Source: an uncultured virus (IMG/VR IMGVR_UViG_3300022555_000016)
Taxonomy: Duplodnaviria; Heunggongvirae; Uroviricota; Caudoviricetes
Length of the DNA stretch: 64,000 nt
Strand: one strand, 5' to 3'
IMG/VR virus record: IMGVR_UViG_3300022555_000016
Both the position numbers and the translations under genes were made by a program. Under the pieces are notes generated by a model. That model was not told the DNA's origin, did not search any database, and saw nothing but the letters and a program-made list of their open reading frames with translations. Of the stretch, positions 42,079 to 53,053 are shown piece after piece (position 1 is the stretch's first letter; each line of letters opens with the position of its first letter).

Positions 42079-43449
42079 TTACCGGCGCTTCTTAGCTACA
42101 GGCTTACTTGTAACCTTTGGGGCAGGCTTCTTAGCCTTAGCTGACTTGCTGGACTTCTTAGGCGCGTCGTCATCGTCGGAGGAATCGTCCGAGTCGTCGT
42201 CTAAATCTGACAAGTCTAGCGAGTCGTTGTCAGAGTCATCCGAGTCGTTGTCTTCTTCAACTTGGCGCTTCTTGCTGGAAGACTTTTTGGAAGTCTTAGC
42301 AGGAGGGGCGTCATCGTCATCGTCCATGTCATCGATGTCTGACAGGTCGAGGTCCGAATCATCGTCGTCTTCAACGACTTTTTTACTCGACTTCTTGACG
42401 GTTGACTTACTGGACTTCTTGGGCTCGTCGTCTAGATCATCATCAAATTCGATGTCTGAGTCGTCTTCATCCTCGTCCCGAGACTTTTTCTTGGACGTGG
42501 ACTTTTTGGGAGCAGGAGTGTCGTCTAGATCGTCGTCGTCAGAATCGTCGAGATCAATGTCTTCTTCAACCTGACGCTTCTTGGACTTCTTAGATTTGGG
42601 TGAATCTTCAAGGTCCTCAGGTAATCCGTCGTCGTCTTCAGAAGAGGAAGAAGACTTCTTTCCAGTGTAAAGAGGCTTACCTTCACGCGTGCAAAGTTGC
42701 TTCTCAAGACGAATTGCTTCAGCCTTTGCTTCAGCCTCCGGCTGTACCAGAGTGTCAATTAGACTAAGGTCATAGACAAAGTAGGACTTCTCTTCGTCAG
42801 TCAACTTTGACTTGGTTCCGATAGAAACATCAAATCTCGCGGTGCCTTTCTCTTGGGGGTTGCATTTGTAGTTGACCTCAAAACCATAGGTTGCATGAGA
42901 CGGACCAAACTCTTTTACGGTACCGTCTTTCAAAGTACGCTCGTTCATACCCTTAAGATTCTGAGTCTTAGATGCACAAGTACCATTAAGAATGGCTACT
43001 TGTACAGGAGTCCAAGTCTGGCTATCCTTAGTGATAAAGCCAGTTTCCTTCTCTTCTCGTGTAGGACGAGGTAAATTTTCAGGCTTAGACTTCTGTAACT
43101 TACGGTTAATAGTATTAGTGACCACATTCTTAGTCAACGGAATAGTGTACTTCCCGGCGAGTTCTTGATACGGGCAGTATTTAATACGAGTCTCACCAGA
43201 CTTCTTATCCTTAACCTTAATGAACTCACCAGTAGTAGAGTCTACGTTTAGCGCCTGCTTAAAAACTGAGATAACCTTAGTCTTAGTCTGAATGTTAAAC
43301 CAATAGCCAGCTTGGATACGAATGTCTCCAATGTGACGAAGAGGAAGCCATTTAATTGCATCTTTCTGAATATCTATGCAATTAAATAAGTCCTGTACAT
43401 ACTTGCGCTCTCCGAAAGAACTGACGTTAACTGACTCCCAATCGGCCAT
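42079..43449 (-). CDS. putative single-stranded DNA-binding protein with a long Asp/Lys-rich tail
   Basis: Folded N-terminal half (CPY, YGFEVNY..GTARFDVS, YDLS) and a ~190-aa tail of alternating acidic/basic blocks; own promoter and terminator. Confidence 0.45.
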   Translation of the reverse strand: MADWESVNVSSFGERKYVQDLFNCIDIQKDAIKWLPLRHIGDIRIQAGYWFNIQTKTKVISVFKQALNVDSTTGEFIKVKDKKSGETRIKYCPYQELAGKYTIPLTKNVVTNTINRKLQKSKPENLPRPTREEKETGFITKDSQTWTPVQVAILNGTCASKTQNLKGMNERTLKDGTVKEFGPSHATYGFEVNYKCNPQEKGTARFDVSIGTKSKLTDEEKSYFVYDLSLIDTLVQPEAEAKAEAIRLEKQLCTREGKPLYTGKKSSSSSEDDDGLPEDLEDSPKSKKSKKRQVEEDIDLDDSDDDDLDDTPAPKKSTSKKKSRDEDEDDSDIEFDDDLDDEPKKSSKSTVKKSSKKVVEDDDDSDLDLSDIDDMDDDDDAPPAKTSKKSSSKKRQVEEDNDSDDSDNDSLDLSDLDDDSDDSSDDDDAPKKSSKSAKAKKPAPKVTSKPVAKKRR

Positions 43450-43560
43450 TTTAAGCTCCCTTTAGCCTAGTTTTAGGCTTTGTTGACGATACACGAAAAA
43501 GTTAGAAACTTTCTATCAAACTAACTTGTTTCAAAGTTAACTTGAGTATTTAGTGTAGGT

Positions 43561-43589
43561 ATACTAGCACAGGAAAATCTGGAAGTCAA
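43561..43589 (-). promoter_or_regulatory. sigma70-type promoter
   Basis: TTGACT-17nt-TAGTAT. Confidence 0.65.
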
Positions 43590-45529
43590 GAAAAATTTTA
43601 GCACTATTAGTGTCACTAGCCTTCACAACTTTGAAGTCCTCTATGTTCATCACGAAACTCCCAGCACCTGTCTAATCTCGGATTTAGCTGCTTGTTTACC
43701 GTTCTCAAAAGTTCGCTGCATAGCCCTGGCTACCGACTCGGCCAAGTGAACATTAGGCAAAGTTACATAGCTAGTCTCTCCACGCCAAGGGTAACAAACT
43801 TCAAACTCAGTCGCCTCGGGATCCTGTCTATCACAAATTTCTCTAGACGAACTGTTGGCAATAGACTTGTATGCCACAACTTTAATATTTGACATTATGC
43901 AGCACTCCTAGCAACAGCATCCAATCATCCAACCACCACACCGGCCCAAGAGGTCAAACGGCTTAACAAGTACTCGTACAAAACCCAAAACGGGTTGCTA
44001 TCCAGCTGCTCCTGTTCGCGCTGTTTCTCGAAAACTCGATTGACCTCGATAGCAATAGCCTTAGCTGATTCAGTACAACCATTAGCATCCAAACCAAAAG
44101 ACGGCAGGTACAGTAGTTCGGGGTTCTCGTCTGAGAGTTCTCTTAGTTCGAGGTTGACTCGAGATAGCAAAACGTCCGAATCAACCTCCTCTCCAGATGC
44201 CAGAAATAAAGGATAACCCATGATTCCACCCTATCAATAAACAATATCTGAATAATTAACTATTAGTTGTCCAAGGTCATCTATCTTCAAACGACAACCC
44301 TGTAGTTCAACTTTGTCGTCACTAATTAGTGAGAAACTACCGTCAAAATTCCGTTTGCCTAAGTTAAAAGTGATCAACCTGTTATGTCCGTCCAAGTTCA
44401 ATATTACACCTAACGGGTGCTCTAACGGAGCATAGTCGTAGCTCTTAGGAACAGAAACAGGCTGCCACTTGTTAACTCTAAACGAATCGGACACGCCAAA
44501 CTCCACAACTGGTTTCTACAGCAACTACGTTAGCCAACTAACAACAAAAATAACGACCAAATATAATTGCACAGCTTACCAAAGCCGTATATCCCTCCTA
44601 AAACCAATAGGAACAAACCTAACAAGTAAAATACCGTTGACAAGTCAGTAGGTGGTTGCTTTTCTGGATCAAGAAAATCAAACTCGTGCAGCATTACAAT
44701 CTACTCCTTACTCCAGGGTACGTTCAACAACGTAGAGATGAAAACCTTATTGGCCCTTTTAACCAATTGAATTAACAGCCTAAGTACACCAATTACTGTG
44801 TTAACCGCTAAAAACACGGCAACCAAGGTGATTATTCCTAAGTTGCAAACTACAACTCTCAACCTAATCACCGCGCTAATTTTCTTAGGCTTAAGTGCTG
44901 ACATTAACTTTTATGCCAAATAGAGTGCAAGAATGCTGCAAATGTTAAAACGGCTAGAGTTACTCCGACTCCTACCAAGATTACTATCCCGACAATATGG
45001 AACAACCCCATTACCAGCAACCACAACGGAATCGAGATAGGAAACGTTAAAACAAACAGTTTCCTATAGAACATATGCCAAGACATTGGGTTTCTCAACA
45101 ATGTGAACCAATTAACAGCTGTGTCAACAAACTGCACCATTTGACAAACTCCTTTAACTACTATAGGGCTAAAGAATAAACACAGATTCATGACCAAACC
45201 GTGGCTCAACTTCGACAATGGATTGTATATGGACATCTGTGTTGTCTGTGTCAGACACAACCTTTAGCCTAAAAGTCTTGTAGGAATTATTTGACCAGAC
45301 ACTGTCCAGCAGTAGTTGTTCCACTGGCTTGTCTCTATAGGCAAAACTTACGCGGAACTTCTTAGCTACTGTTAAAGACTCTAGCACGGGAAATCCTCTA
45401 AGTCAAGGACAATTTTACAAGACTTTTACTCACGCTTTTTGACTATGATTAGGACTAACCGTTTTTAAAATTCCTTATTCTTGTCGGCAATAGTTCCTAG
45501 AATCAAAATTAAGATTCCTCAAAAAAGAG

Positions 45530-46552
45530 TCAGTTATTAGTGGCACGCAACTTGTCAATTTCATCTTCGTTTAACGAATAGTGGATACCCATAAGCAACA
45601 TTGCGATGCCTGATTCGTCCGCGTAACGAACTATGCGAGACATACGGTGCTGCCGCTGTCTCGCTATCAATGAGGCTTCCATATCAGAATTTTCGTTGGG
45701 GTCCTGAAGATCAGCTACTGATTCCAAATCAACGTAGAAGTTGAGTAGTTGTTGACCTTGATTTTGTAACTTACGGCGCTGAACTGAAGGTATACTGTAA
45801 GCAGTACCAAATTCATGACTACTAACCGCAGCATGAACACCGTCTTTAAACCAAGCCTCAATGTAACTGGTTAAAGCTCCTCTATCAGGATCGTATTTAT
45901 CAATACCTTTAGATATACTAAGGAGTAAATTACCTATCAAATCTACTTGAGAAATGTGCAGCTTGGTATGCTTCATAGCACTACGACTTTTATTGCAAGC
46001 ATTACGCACATGTTTTTCAATAATATACCCTTTAAACGTAGAACTAAGCTCGTAGCTGATTTGAGCGTTTCTAATTGTGGTATACAAACTACCTTGGCAG
46101 TTAAATACTGACCGTTCAATAACATTGAGCTGCTTTAATAACTTAGAACGCTCCTTAACATCTTGAATTGTCCAAAGCTTAAGGTACAATTCTTCATATT
46201 CCTTAGTGCGCTTGAAAAACTCAGCTAACATGTCAAACCACACATTTCGCTCGAGTCGTAACTCAGTAAGGAGCAGCTTTTTACGAACTTTGGATGGAGT
46301 AGCAAGCATCGTAAAAAGCTTACAAATGAAGTCTGTTCGTTCTACGTTGGAGTACTTTCGCCTATTGTTAGAGTAAATGCTAGTAAAAAGTTCAGCAATC
46401 GTATTTTCAACAAAGTTTGTATTTTCCAGAATAGGTGTAACGGCAGACATCAAAAGAGTATCAAGTACTGCTACAATTTGCGACCCTGATAGATTGTAAT
46501 TAAGTTGCTCTTTAATGTTAAGAAGAGCGTGTAAACTATCTGTATCTGACAT
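45530..46552 (-). CDS. phage RNA polymerase sigma factor (sigma70 region 2-like)
   Basis: DLIGNLLLSISKGIDKYDPDRGALTSYIEAWFK; start placed at MSDTD. Confidence 0.75.
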   Translation of the reverse strand: MSDTDSLHALLNIKEQLNYNLSGSQIVAVLDTLLMSAVTPILENTNFVENTIAELFTSIYSNNRRKYSNVERTDFICKLFTMLATPSKVRKKLLLTELRLERNVWFDMLAEFFKRTKEYEELYLKLWTIQDVKERSKLLKQLNVIERSVFNCQGSLYTTIRNAQISYELSSTFKGYIIEKHVRNACNKSRSAMKHTKLHISQVDLIGNLLLSISKGIDKYDPDRGALTSYIEAWFKDGVHAAVSSHEFGTAYSIPSVQRRKLQNQGQQLLNFYVDLESVADLQDPNENSDMEASLIARQRQHRMSRIVRYADESGIAMLLMGIHYSLNEDEIDKLRATNN

Positions 46553-46597
46553 GTTTAAAACCTTACTGTGCAAACTCTCCTACACTTAATTAAAATT

Positions 46598-46626
46598 AGT
46601 ATAACTTACTAAGAAGAAAAAGTCAA
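46598..46626 (-). promoter_or_regulatory. sigma70-type promoter for the sigma factor gene
   Basis: TTGACT-17nt-TATACT. Confidence 0.7.
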
Positions 46627-47702
46627 GGAGTATTTTTACCTCCTTGACTTTTTCTGTGGTTGTTATTTCTTCTCAACTAAGGTCGAGACTAGCACATGGT
46701 CAACTCCTTTAGCATCAACACACTTGATGTCAGGATCATAGACTGAGTAGTCGTTAGCCAGGAAGAACCCAAACGATTCGCAACTCTGTCTAGAAGACTC
46801 ATTCTTGGAATGAGTTATAGCTGTGGAGGAGATAATGATAATAGACAGAAGCAACATTAGGACAGGGAACATGTTTAACCCTTTCTCTGTTTAAGTAGTT
46901 TAAGTAGTTACAGAATCGACAACTGCTTTGATGTTAAAGACTACGCCATCTGGACAGCCGCATGTTACCGTGCAATCCAAATCTATTGACAAGACTTCTA
47001 AGTCAAGGTCAACTAAGTGGCCTAGCACCTCTGGCTCGTTTTGGAGTCTAAACCGGACAGAACTAGGTAACTTGTGGCTAGAGATATAGGTACCGTCACA
47101 ACCAATCTCCTTTTTATGAAATTCTAGAATCTCTATTAACCTAGAGACTGTTAGGTTGTTTGACTCAATCTCCGTTGTTAACCTCTTTGACTAAGATCGG
47201 ATAGACGGCACCGTGACTCTCCAGTCCAGTTACGTCAAGCCGGTGGAGAATAAGAACCAAGTCGTTAACTGTTACAGAGTTGTCAAACTCTTCTAGCACA
47301 GCAGTTACCCACTTAACCCGAACTTTCCAAGCAGGCCAAGTTTCTCCTGGAGGGATTAGATGAGCTACCTTATCTGACAAACCGTAGCAAGGGTGCTCTT
47401 CAGGTACATTTTCTGCTCGACAAAGAGCGCGTGCCAACTTTTCAATTAGTTTGTTTGAGAACATTTATAGGTTACTCCTTTAGTCTTGAAGCATCTCTTC
47501 TTTAACTACAAACTTGTGCCAGTGAGCGTCATCGTGCTTATGGGCACAGGGTGGTTGCTCTCTGACAAACTTTTTAGCACTGTCAGGATTGGAGTAGATT
47601 CCAACCAAAACTTCTGTATAGTTACGGTCACGGTCAGGGTAGCAATAGCTGTAGGTTCTGCGAACTACGGTATAAACAAGACCAGCCATGATTGGTTGCC
47701 TC

Positions 47703-48128
47703 TTACTTCAACCATTCTTTGGGAAACCCCAAAATTCTTACGTCTAAGTTTATCACGTCGCAGAGTTTCTTAAGATCATGAACATCGCTGCGCTTGGAAC
47801 GCTGCTCTGCTCTAACAACGAGTTCTACAGAGACTCCTGACTTAAACGCCAAGTCTTCTACAGACAACCCGGCTGCCAATCTAGCGTCCTGGATATCTTG
47901 TTCGCTATTAGGTAGAATAGCAGTACCTTTGTCAAAAATCTCCAAGATCATTGCTTTAAACGCTACTGGAGTCATAATAGTTTTAAGATAATCAGCAGTA
48001 ATTCTAACTCCGGTAGCAGGCTGACTATCTATAGCAATGTGATCTTGACACCTAACAAAAACATCAGGTGTTGTATCAACACCTTTACTGTTTGTAATAA
48101 CGTAGTCCATAACGAACCTCCTGCTCAA
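47703..48128 (-). CDS. XRE-family HTH protein
   Basis: IQDARLAAGLSVEDLAFKSGVSVELVVRAE. Confidence 0.75.
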   Translation of the reverse strand: MSRRFVMDYVITNSKGVDTTPDVFVRCQDHIAIDSQPATGVRITADYLKTIMTPVAFKAMILEIFDKGTAILPNSEQDIQDARLAAGLSVEDLAFKSGVSVELVVRAEQRSKRSDVHDLKKLCDVINLDVRILGFPKEWLK

Positions 48129-48168
48129 CTGGACGACTCATCCTAACAGGACGAACTCCAAAAGTCAA

Positions 48169-48657
48169 CTACAATTTACACCAGTCGTCCCACAAGTTAA
48201 TTACTTGTTTACCTTCCGACAAAGCGTAACGGACAGCGTTTGCTGCCCCACCTTCAGTTTGACCGTTCCACAAAGCTAATACAACGTCACCGTGATCTAC
48301 AACCCAGTGGTCGCGTTCTTTCCAACGGTCTTTAATATGCTGCCCTTGGTTCTTAAACACACCGTCATGGATATGAACTGTAGCGTAGGTCAACAAATCA
48401 TCTAATTGTTGCTTAGCTTCAATCGGCCAGTTGTGACCTTGTTTTGAATGAGATAAAGCAGCGACTAGCGGAATTCCTAACTGCTTAGCTGCACGAGCTA
48501 CAGCCCAATCCCAACCTGGAGCCAACCCAGAGATAACTTTGTTTACTGACTGTTGAGGTAGCAACCAAGTTAAGGGTAGGTTAAAGAGTTTGATATCTAC
48601 CTCGGGAGTAAAACCACCGAGAAGTGGTGGTTGGTGTCCGGTTACTGAGAGGTTCAT
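48169..48657 (-). CDS. YspA/SLOG-family nucleotide-binding protein
   Basis: VTGHQP, ISGLAPGWDW, RDHWVVDH..VLALWNG..GGAANAVRYA. Confidence 0.8.
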   Translation of the reverse strand: MNLSVTGHQPPLLGGFTPEVDIKLFNLPLTWLLPQQSVNKVISGLAPGWDWAVARAAKQLGIPLVAALSHSKQGHNWPIEAKQQLDDLLTYATVHIHDGVFKNQGQHIKDRWKERDHWVVDHGDVVLALWNGQTEGGAANAVRYALSEGKQVINLWDDWCKL

Positions 48658-48749
48658 GATTCAAGCTGCCATTAAAGTCGCTATCCCAGAAATCCTGGCG
48701 GTTCTCTCAGGTAAACTAAGAACATGAGCCAACAACTCTTGCTCAGTAG

Positions 48750-49595
48750 TTATTGCTTTTGGTTCCATAGTTTGAGTGCCTCCTTGTTGGCCGCTTGGAC
48801 CAGCAAATCCAAGTCAGCCGCGTACCAACCTGCACCATTAAACCCTTGAACCTCAAGAAGATAGAGGTAACCATTAGATTCACAAACATCCAAGGTAAAC
48901 ATTGAACAAGGGTTATGGTTTAAGATAACCTTCTCGCCAAAATCCAGCACATTATCAGGGACAATAGCACTCTTGTACGGGTAACCACGCCTACGATACT
49001 GACTTCCAGTTACTACTTGCCCATCAGCAACAAATAACCGCCACTCATTGGTGATTTTGAACGGAATACCCAGAACTACTTTAGTGTCACCGGTCAAACC
49101 AAATAGTTTTCCTTCCATTACGTCGTTGTAGAAACTTTTTAGTTTGTCGTAGGTGTAAACCTCCCCAACAATAGATTTGGAATCATTGAAAGGTCTGACA
49201 AACAACTCGGTTAGGTATTCTTGAATAGTTTTGCTAGAAGACATTACTTCAGGAATATCTTTTATCGGCAAAACCCAAGTGGTTCTTGAAGAGTTTAGCA
49301 AAAACTCTTCCCAATGTTCTACCCACACAGCGTAGTTAAAAAAGTCAATAGTAGAAAATATTCCAGGATACCAATTAGGTCTATGTTTAACAGCATTGTC
49401 ACAAAAAGATGTGCTACCTGACAATAGTACAGGACCATCATAATCAATAGTCGGCAGATACTCCGGCAAGTCAGAAGTAAAAGGTTTAATGACTACTTCT
49501 TCTGCAATAGCGTTGTTTCTACGAATAGCATCCAACAACTGCTGATTGTCAAAAGAGTTTCCCAAGCTGGTTTGAACTATCCACAGAGGTTTCAT
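48750..49595 (-). CDS. ATP-grasp (DUF4343/R2K-like) protein
   Basis: FVRP..DSKSIVGEV, EWRLFVADGQVVTGSQY, FTLDVC..LLEVQGFNGAGWY. Confidence 0.8.
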   Translation of the reverse strand: MKPLWIVQTSLGNSFDNQQLLDAIRRNNAIAEEVVIKPFTSDLPEYLPTIDYDGPVLLSGSTSFCDNAVKHRPNWYPGIFSTIDFFNYAVWVEHWEEFLLNSSRTTWVLPIKDIPEVMSSSKTIQEYLTELFVRPFNDSKSIVGEVYTYDKLKSFYNDVMEGKLFGLTGDTKVVLGIPFKITNEWRLFVADGQVVTGSQYRRRGYPYKSAIVPDNVLDFGEKVILNHNPCSMFTLDVCESNGYLYLLEVQGFNGAGWYAADLDLLVQAANKEALKLWNQKQ

Positions 49596-49908
49596 GATTT
49601 ACTCCAAGGTTAAAACTGTATTAAAGCGATTGCCCGTAGTTGTCAATTCGTAAGCAACCTGTACAACGTTGTAGGAAAAATAAGCTGTTTTTAATTGATC
49701 ATCTTCTTGGACCCTTACGATCTCTCCTACTCTAGGAAGGAGATTAAACTTTGTTTGTTTTCTAGTGTTTGTCTTGCGGAAAAACAACTCTACGTCAATC
49801 ATAGCTACTCTCCTGGTTATCGTTTGTAGTGCCTAACATGGTAGAGGCTACCTGAACAGAACAGGATGACTCTCACTCACCCTGTTTTGTTTTGTCTAGG
49901 TGTGTTGA

Positions 49909-50898
49909 CTAAACTTCCCTAACAACTACTATTGTCTTAATTTCAGTAGTTACTTCAGCCACAACTTTAGCAATTTTACACCTTGAGAAAATAGTGTCTT
50001 TACGCCCAGCTAACTCCTTAGCTTTGCCTAAAGCGGAATCATAGTCAGGGTATTCACCCTTAAGAGCTACCTCGTTTTCAATGACAAAGTAGCTTACTTT
50101 GACTTTGGCTTCAGGTTCGTAGTTTTCCAACTCAGAGATTACTTGATTATCCTTACCCCTATTTTTACCGTTCAAAGAATAGCTATCTTGCGAACCATCA
50201 GTGAATTTTACTATGTTGTCATGAGCAAACTTAGCTGTGTTATGATAACTAACGACTAACCCGTCGTGTTTCCGACGCAAAGGTTTGGTCCAATCAATGA
50301 TACTGGTCGCCATAGCTTTAACTTCCTCTTGTTGGTAGTTGATTACGTCGTAGTCACAAACTCTATCTGGAAACACCCTACCCGTAATAGAATCTACGTC
50401 ATAGTCCGGCGTAGATACGTCTTTAACCTTGACACGAGTCTTTCCTGGGTAAAACATACTGGGAGGATAGGAGCCAGCTACTTCTACCTCGTACCTAGTT
50501 TTTAAAGGCTTAGAAAAATCAACGTTTGGTAGCTCAGCTAGATCAAAGTTTTCCAAGCATCCTCCAGGAGTTATGGAGTTTTCAGCAATTCCGTAGAAAC
50601 TAACTACTTTGTCAGTAGTAGAGTTGAAATCTGGCCTGAAAGTAGAGACCAACGCACCGTCCCGCTTACGGCGCAGTGGTTGATTCCACTGCAAAGGTTT
50701 AGTACAGTTTTCTATGTCATAGGTGTAGTGTTCAGAGTCTAACCGACAACCGTCAACCGCGTAGACTGCACTGGTTCGGTCAGAAAAGTTAACCTTAAAC
50801 TTATCACCAAGAATCGGCTCAACGGATATAGCCGGTGTGCCGTCAATTTTAAGTCGGATGGGTTTGTTCCAATCTATGTTAGCCACTGTAGTAGCCAT
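49909..50898 (-). CDS. protein with four DWxKPLR repeats
   Basis: IDWNKPIR, LQWNQPLRRKRDG, VDFSKPLKTR, IDWTKPLRRKHDG, each ending ..EN/IN. Confidence 0.6.
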   Translation of the reverse strand: MATTVANIDWNKPIRLKIDGTPAISVEPILGDKFKVNFSDRTSAVYAVDGCRLDSEHYTYDIENCTKPLQWNQPLRRKRDGALVSTFRPDFNSTTDKVVSFYGIAENSITPGGCLENFDLAELPNVDFSKPLKTRYEVEVAGSYPPSMFYPGKTRVKVKDVSTPDYDVDSITGRVFPDRVCDYDVINYQQEEVKAMATSIIDWTKPLRRKHDGLVVSYHNTAKFAHDNIVKFTDGSQDSYSLNGKNRGKDNQVISELENYEPEAKVKVSYFVIENEVALKGEYPDYDSALGKAKELAGRKDTIFSRCKIAKVVAEVTTEIKTIVVVREV

Positions 50899-50996
50899 AT
50901 TGGCAACTCCTTGGTTTGTTAATAAACAATAACCGCTACTTTTGCCGTTGCTGCCCAAGTAGCTAAAGTTTTTGAAAGACTGCCGTGCTTGTTGCT

Positions 50997-51239
50997 TCAC
51001 AAAAAATTCCTAACTAAACTTCTAATTTTATCTTGATCATAATTTACCAACATATCTTGAATAGTTTTAGGATAATTTTTATTAGCTGACTCTAACATAG
51101 AGTTAAGATAATCTTCTTGAATAATGATAAAATTATTATTGCTACGTACAACTCTAACGGCACCTTTCATGGCTAAATCTAAAACTTTACCGGAGGTTTT
51201 GTTTAGCTCAGTCGCAGATACTTGATGTTGAACGATCAT
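50997..51239 (-). CDS. Phd/YefM-family antitoxin-like protein
   Basis: VSATELNKTSGKVLDLA..G.VRVVR; AT-rich; own promoter TTGACA-18-TACAGT at 51267-51296. Confidence 0.7.
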   Translation of the reverse strand: MIVQHQVSATELNKTSGKVLDLAMKGAVRVVRSNNNFIIIQEDYLNSMLESANKNYPKTIQDMLVNYDQDKIRSLVRNFL

Positions 51240-51348
51240 AAGTCCCTCCGTTGTTGAACATTTAACACTGTAGCACAGCAGTGGCTAGTCTGTCAAGAAG
51301 AACCAACTAACCACTGCTGTTTTGTGCAGTTAAGGTTAAACGGATAAT

Positions 51349-52353
51349 TTAAACAGCAGCTAGAGTTTGCTTCATTAGAACCCGAATATTTTTGGGTAGC
51401 GACTCTTTGTCCAGTAGGTATAAGGAAAAAGCTTCAGCAAACAAGGAGCGGGCTGACTTCATGGCGCTATCAGAGATAATGACGGACTTAGCACCTATTT
51501 CCAGTGGGTTTTTGGGAGATATCTCGTCCAGGTTGGCTTCTTTATCTTCCAACATGAAGTCAATATCAGCTTTTTCAAGAGCATGAACCCGTTTAAAGAA
51601 GCGGAATATCTCTTTGGCTAAGAGAAGGCGAGATTCATCCTCCTTTAATGAAGCTAGTAACTCCTTGCAGGAACCCGTTTGCTTCAAGTCTTGAATGATA
51701 CTTTTTATATCAACATCTGTAGTCTGCGACAACACCGTCGATTTAATAAAAACTGCCACCCACTTACTTTTAAGTTCTGCTGTAACTAGATTGTACCAGA
51801 GTGAGTTTCCGGTCTCACGTCCTACGTAGGAATCTAGCGACTCCAAGTCTTCATCTTTTGGTCGCAGAATGAAAATGTCGTCTTTGTCATCCTTGCGATT
51901 ATGCTTGTAAGAAGCCACCAACTTACCTGCTGGAGGGCGAAGTTCGACTCGAATTTGCTTAGAGGCGAACCAGCCGCGCTGTTTGGCTATACCACCGACT
52001 TTCTGTAACGATGTGGTTATAACTTCCAAGTCGGCATCAGACAACTCTGTAAATACGTGTACTTCGCCCCAGGGCTGTATTTTTATACTCTTGGCATAGG
52101 TCTCAATTTTTACACCGAAAACAGACCCGAAGCAAAACGGAGATGAGCCCAAATTGGCTACAGCTTCCCTCTTAGCAAACTCCACTTCCGTCTTACACTC
52201 AGAGTTGTACATATCAGCGTTATTGATTACACCGCTATACGTGGTATCAGTACCACTGTCTTTAGGCGCTTTCTTAACACTTTCAACTAATACCAAATGT
52301 TTCTTGTTTTTCTCATCAACAATGACAACGAAGTCTTTTTCTTTTATGATCAT
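51349..52353 (-). CDS. conserved hypothetical phage protein, possibly a degenerate zincin fold
   Basis: C-terminal LFAEAFSLY; the HExxH position reads RETGN. Confidence 0.3.
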   Translation of the reverse strand: MIIKEKDFVVIVDEKNKKHLVLVESVKKAPKDSGTDTTYSGVINNADMYNSECKTEVEFAKREAVANLGSSPFCFGSVFGVKIETYAKSIKIQPWGEVHVFTELSDADLEVITTSLQKVGGIAKQRGWFASKQIRVELRPPAGKLVASYKHNRKDDKDDIFILRPKDEDLESLDSYVGRETGNSLWYNLVTAELKSKWVAVFIKSTVLSQTTDVDIKSIIQDLKQTGSCKELLASLKEDESRLLLAKEIFRFFKRVHALEKADIDFMLEDKEANLDEISPKNPLEIGAKSVIISDSAMKSARSLFAEAFSLYLLDKESLPKNIRVLMKQTLAAV

Positions 52354-53053
52354 GCCACAAACTCCTTAAGTTATTAAAAGCCAACGCTAGTTACCCAAAC
52401 AAGTCAAACTACTTTAACTTCCGGCCAGCCCAAGTGCTGTGCTACAACCTGTGCTTCTTGAAACATCTCCTCCCTGTATCGGAACAATGAATCACTATCT
52501 TTACTTACCCAGCCACGAGCAGCTATGTTTAAGGCTGAGTAGTTAGCCTCCAGGAGCTTAGAATCGTCTACCAACTTTGACCAATTAGACTCAAAGTTAA
52601 AATTACCACTACGACAATTCAAGACAGTCTTAGTCCCTACATCAAAAATAGCTTCAGCCCTAATTTTGATAGATAAAGACAAGGAAGGTTGGTCAGAGAC
52701 AGGGCTGATTATCGGGTCTACTATGACACCGTTACCGTTTAGAGCAACGACAACCAAACGGTTACTGTCTAGTAATGACGGTTTACAGGTCAAAATTGTC
52801 GTTCCTATCACATTAGAAGTCAGCAAAGTTGCTGCGGAAGCAACTGTACCTATTAGTACTGAACTTCGAGTAAGATTCATTATAGCTATCTTTCTAGAGT
52901 TGATTGTAGCAAATAGTCGCAGGTCTTACGTAAGGTTGTTAAGCTATTATAAGTCCTGTCTTTAGGCCACAAATTACTGGAGACCTGGGATGTACTACTA
53001 GACACCCTTTACCTCGAGTGCATGCACCGGGCTATTAGTTAACCTTAAACAGT

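Noticed and set aside
42041..42574. 177-aa Ser-rich plus-strand ORF and the many other short plus-strand ORFs
   Set aside because: They are antisense shadows of minus-strand genes with no RBS or motif support.
45066..45076. 11-nt match (ATATGTTCTAT) to the putative omega-RNA guide
   Set aside because: An AT-rich 11-mer match is plausible by chance in 64 kb on two strands, and the match does not extend.
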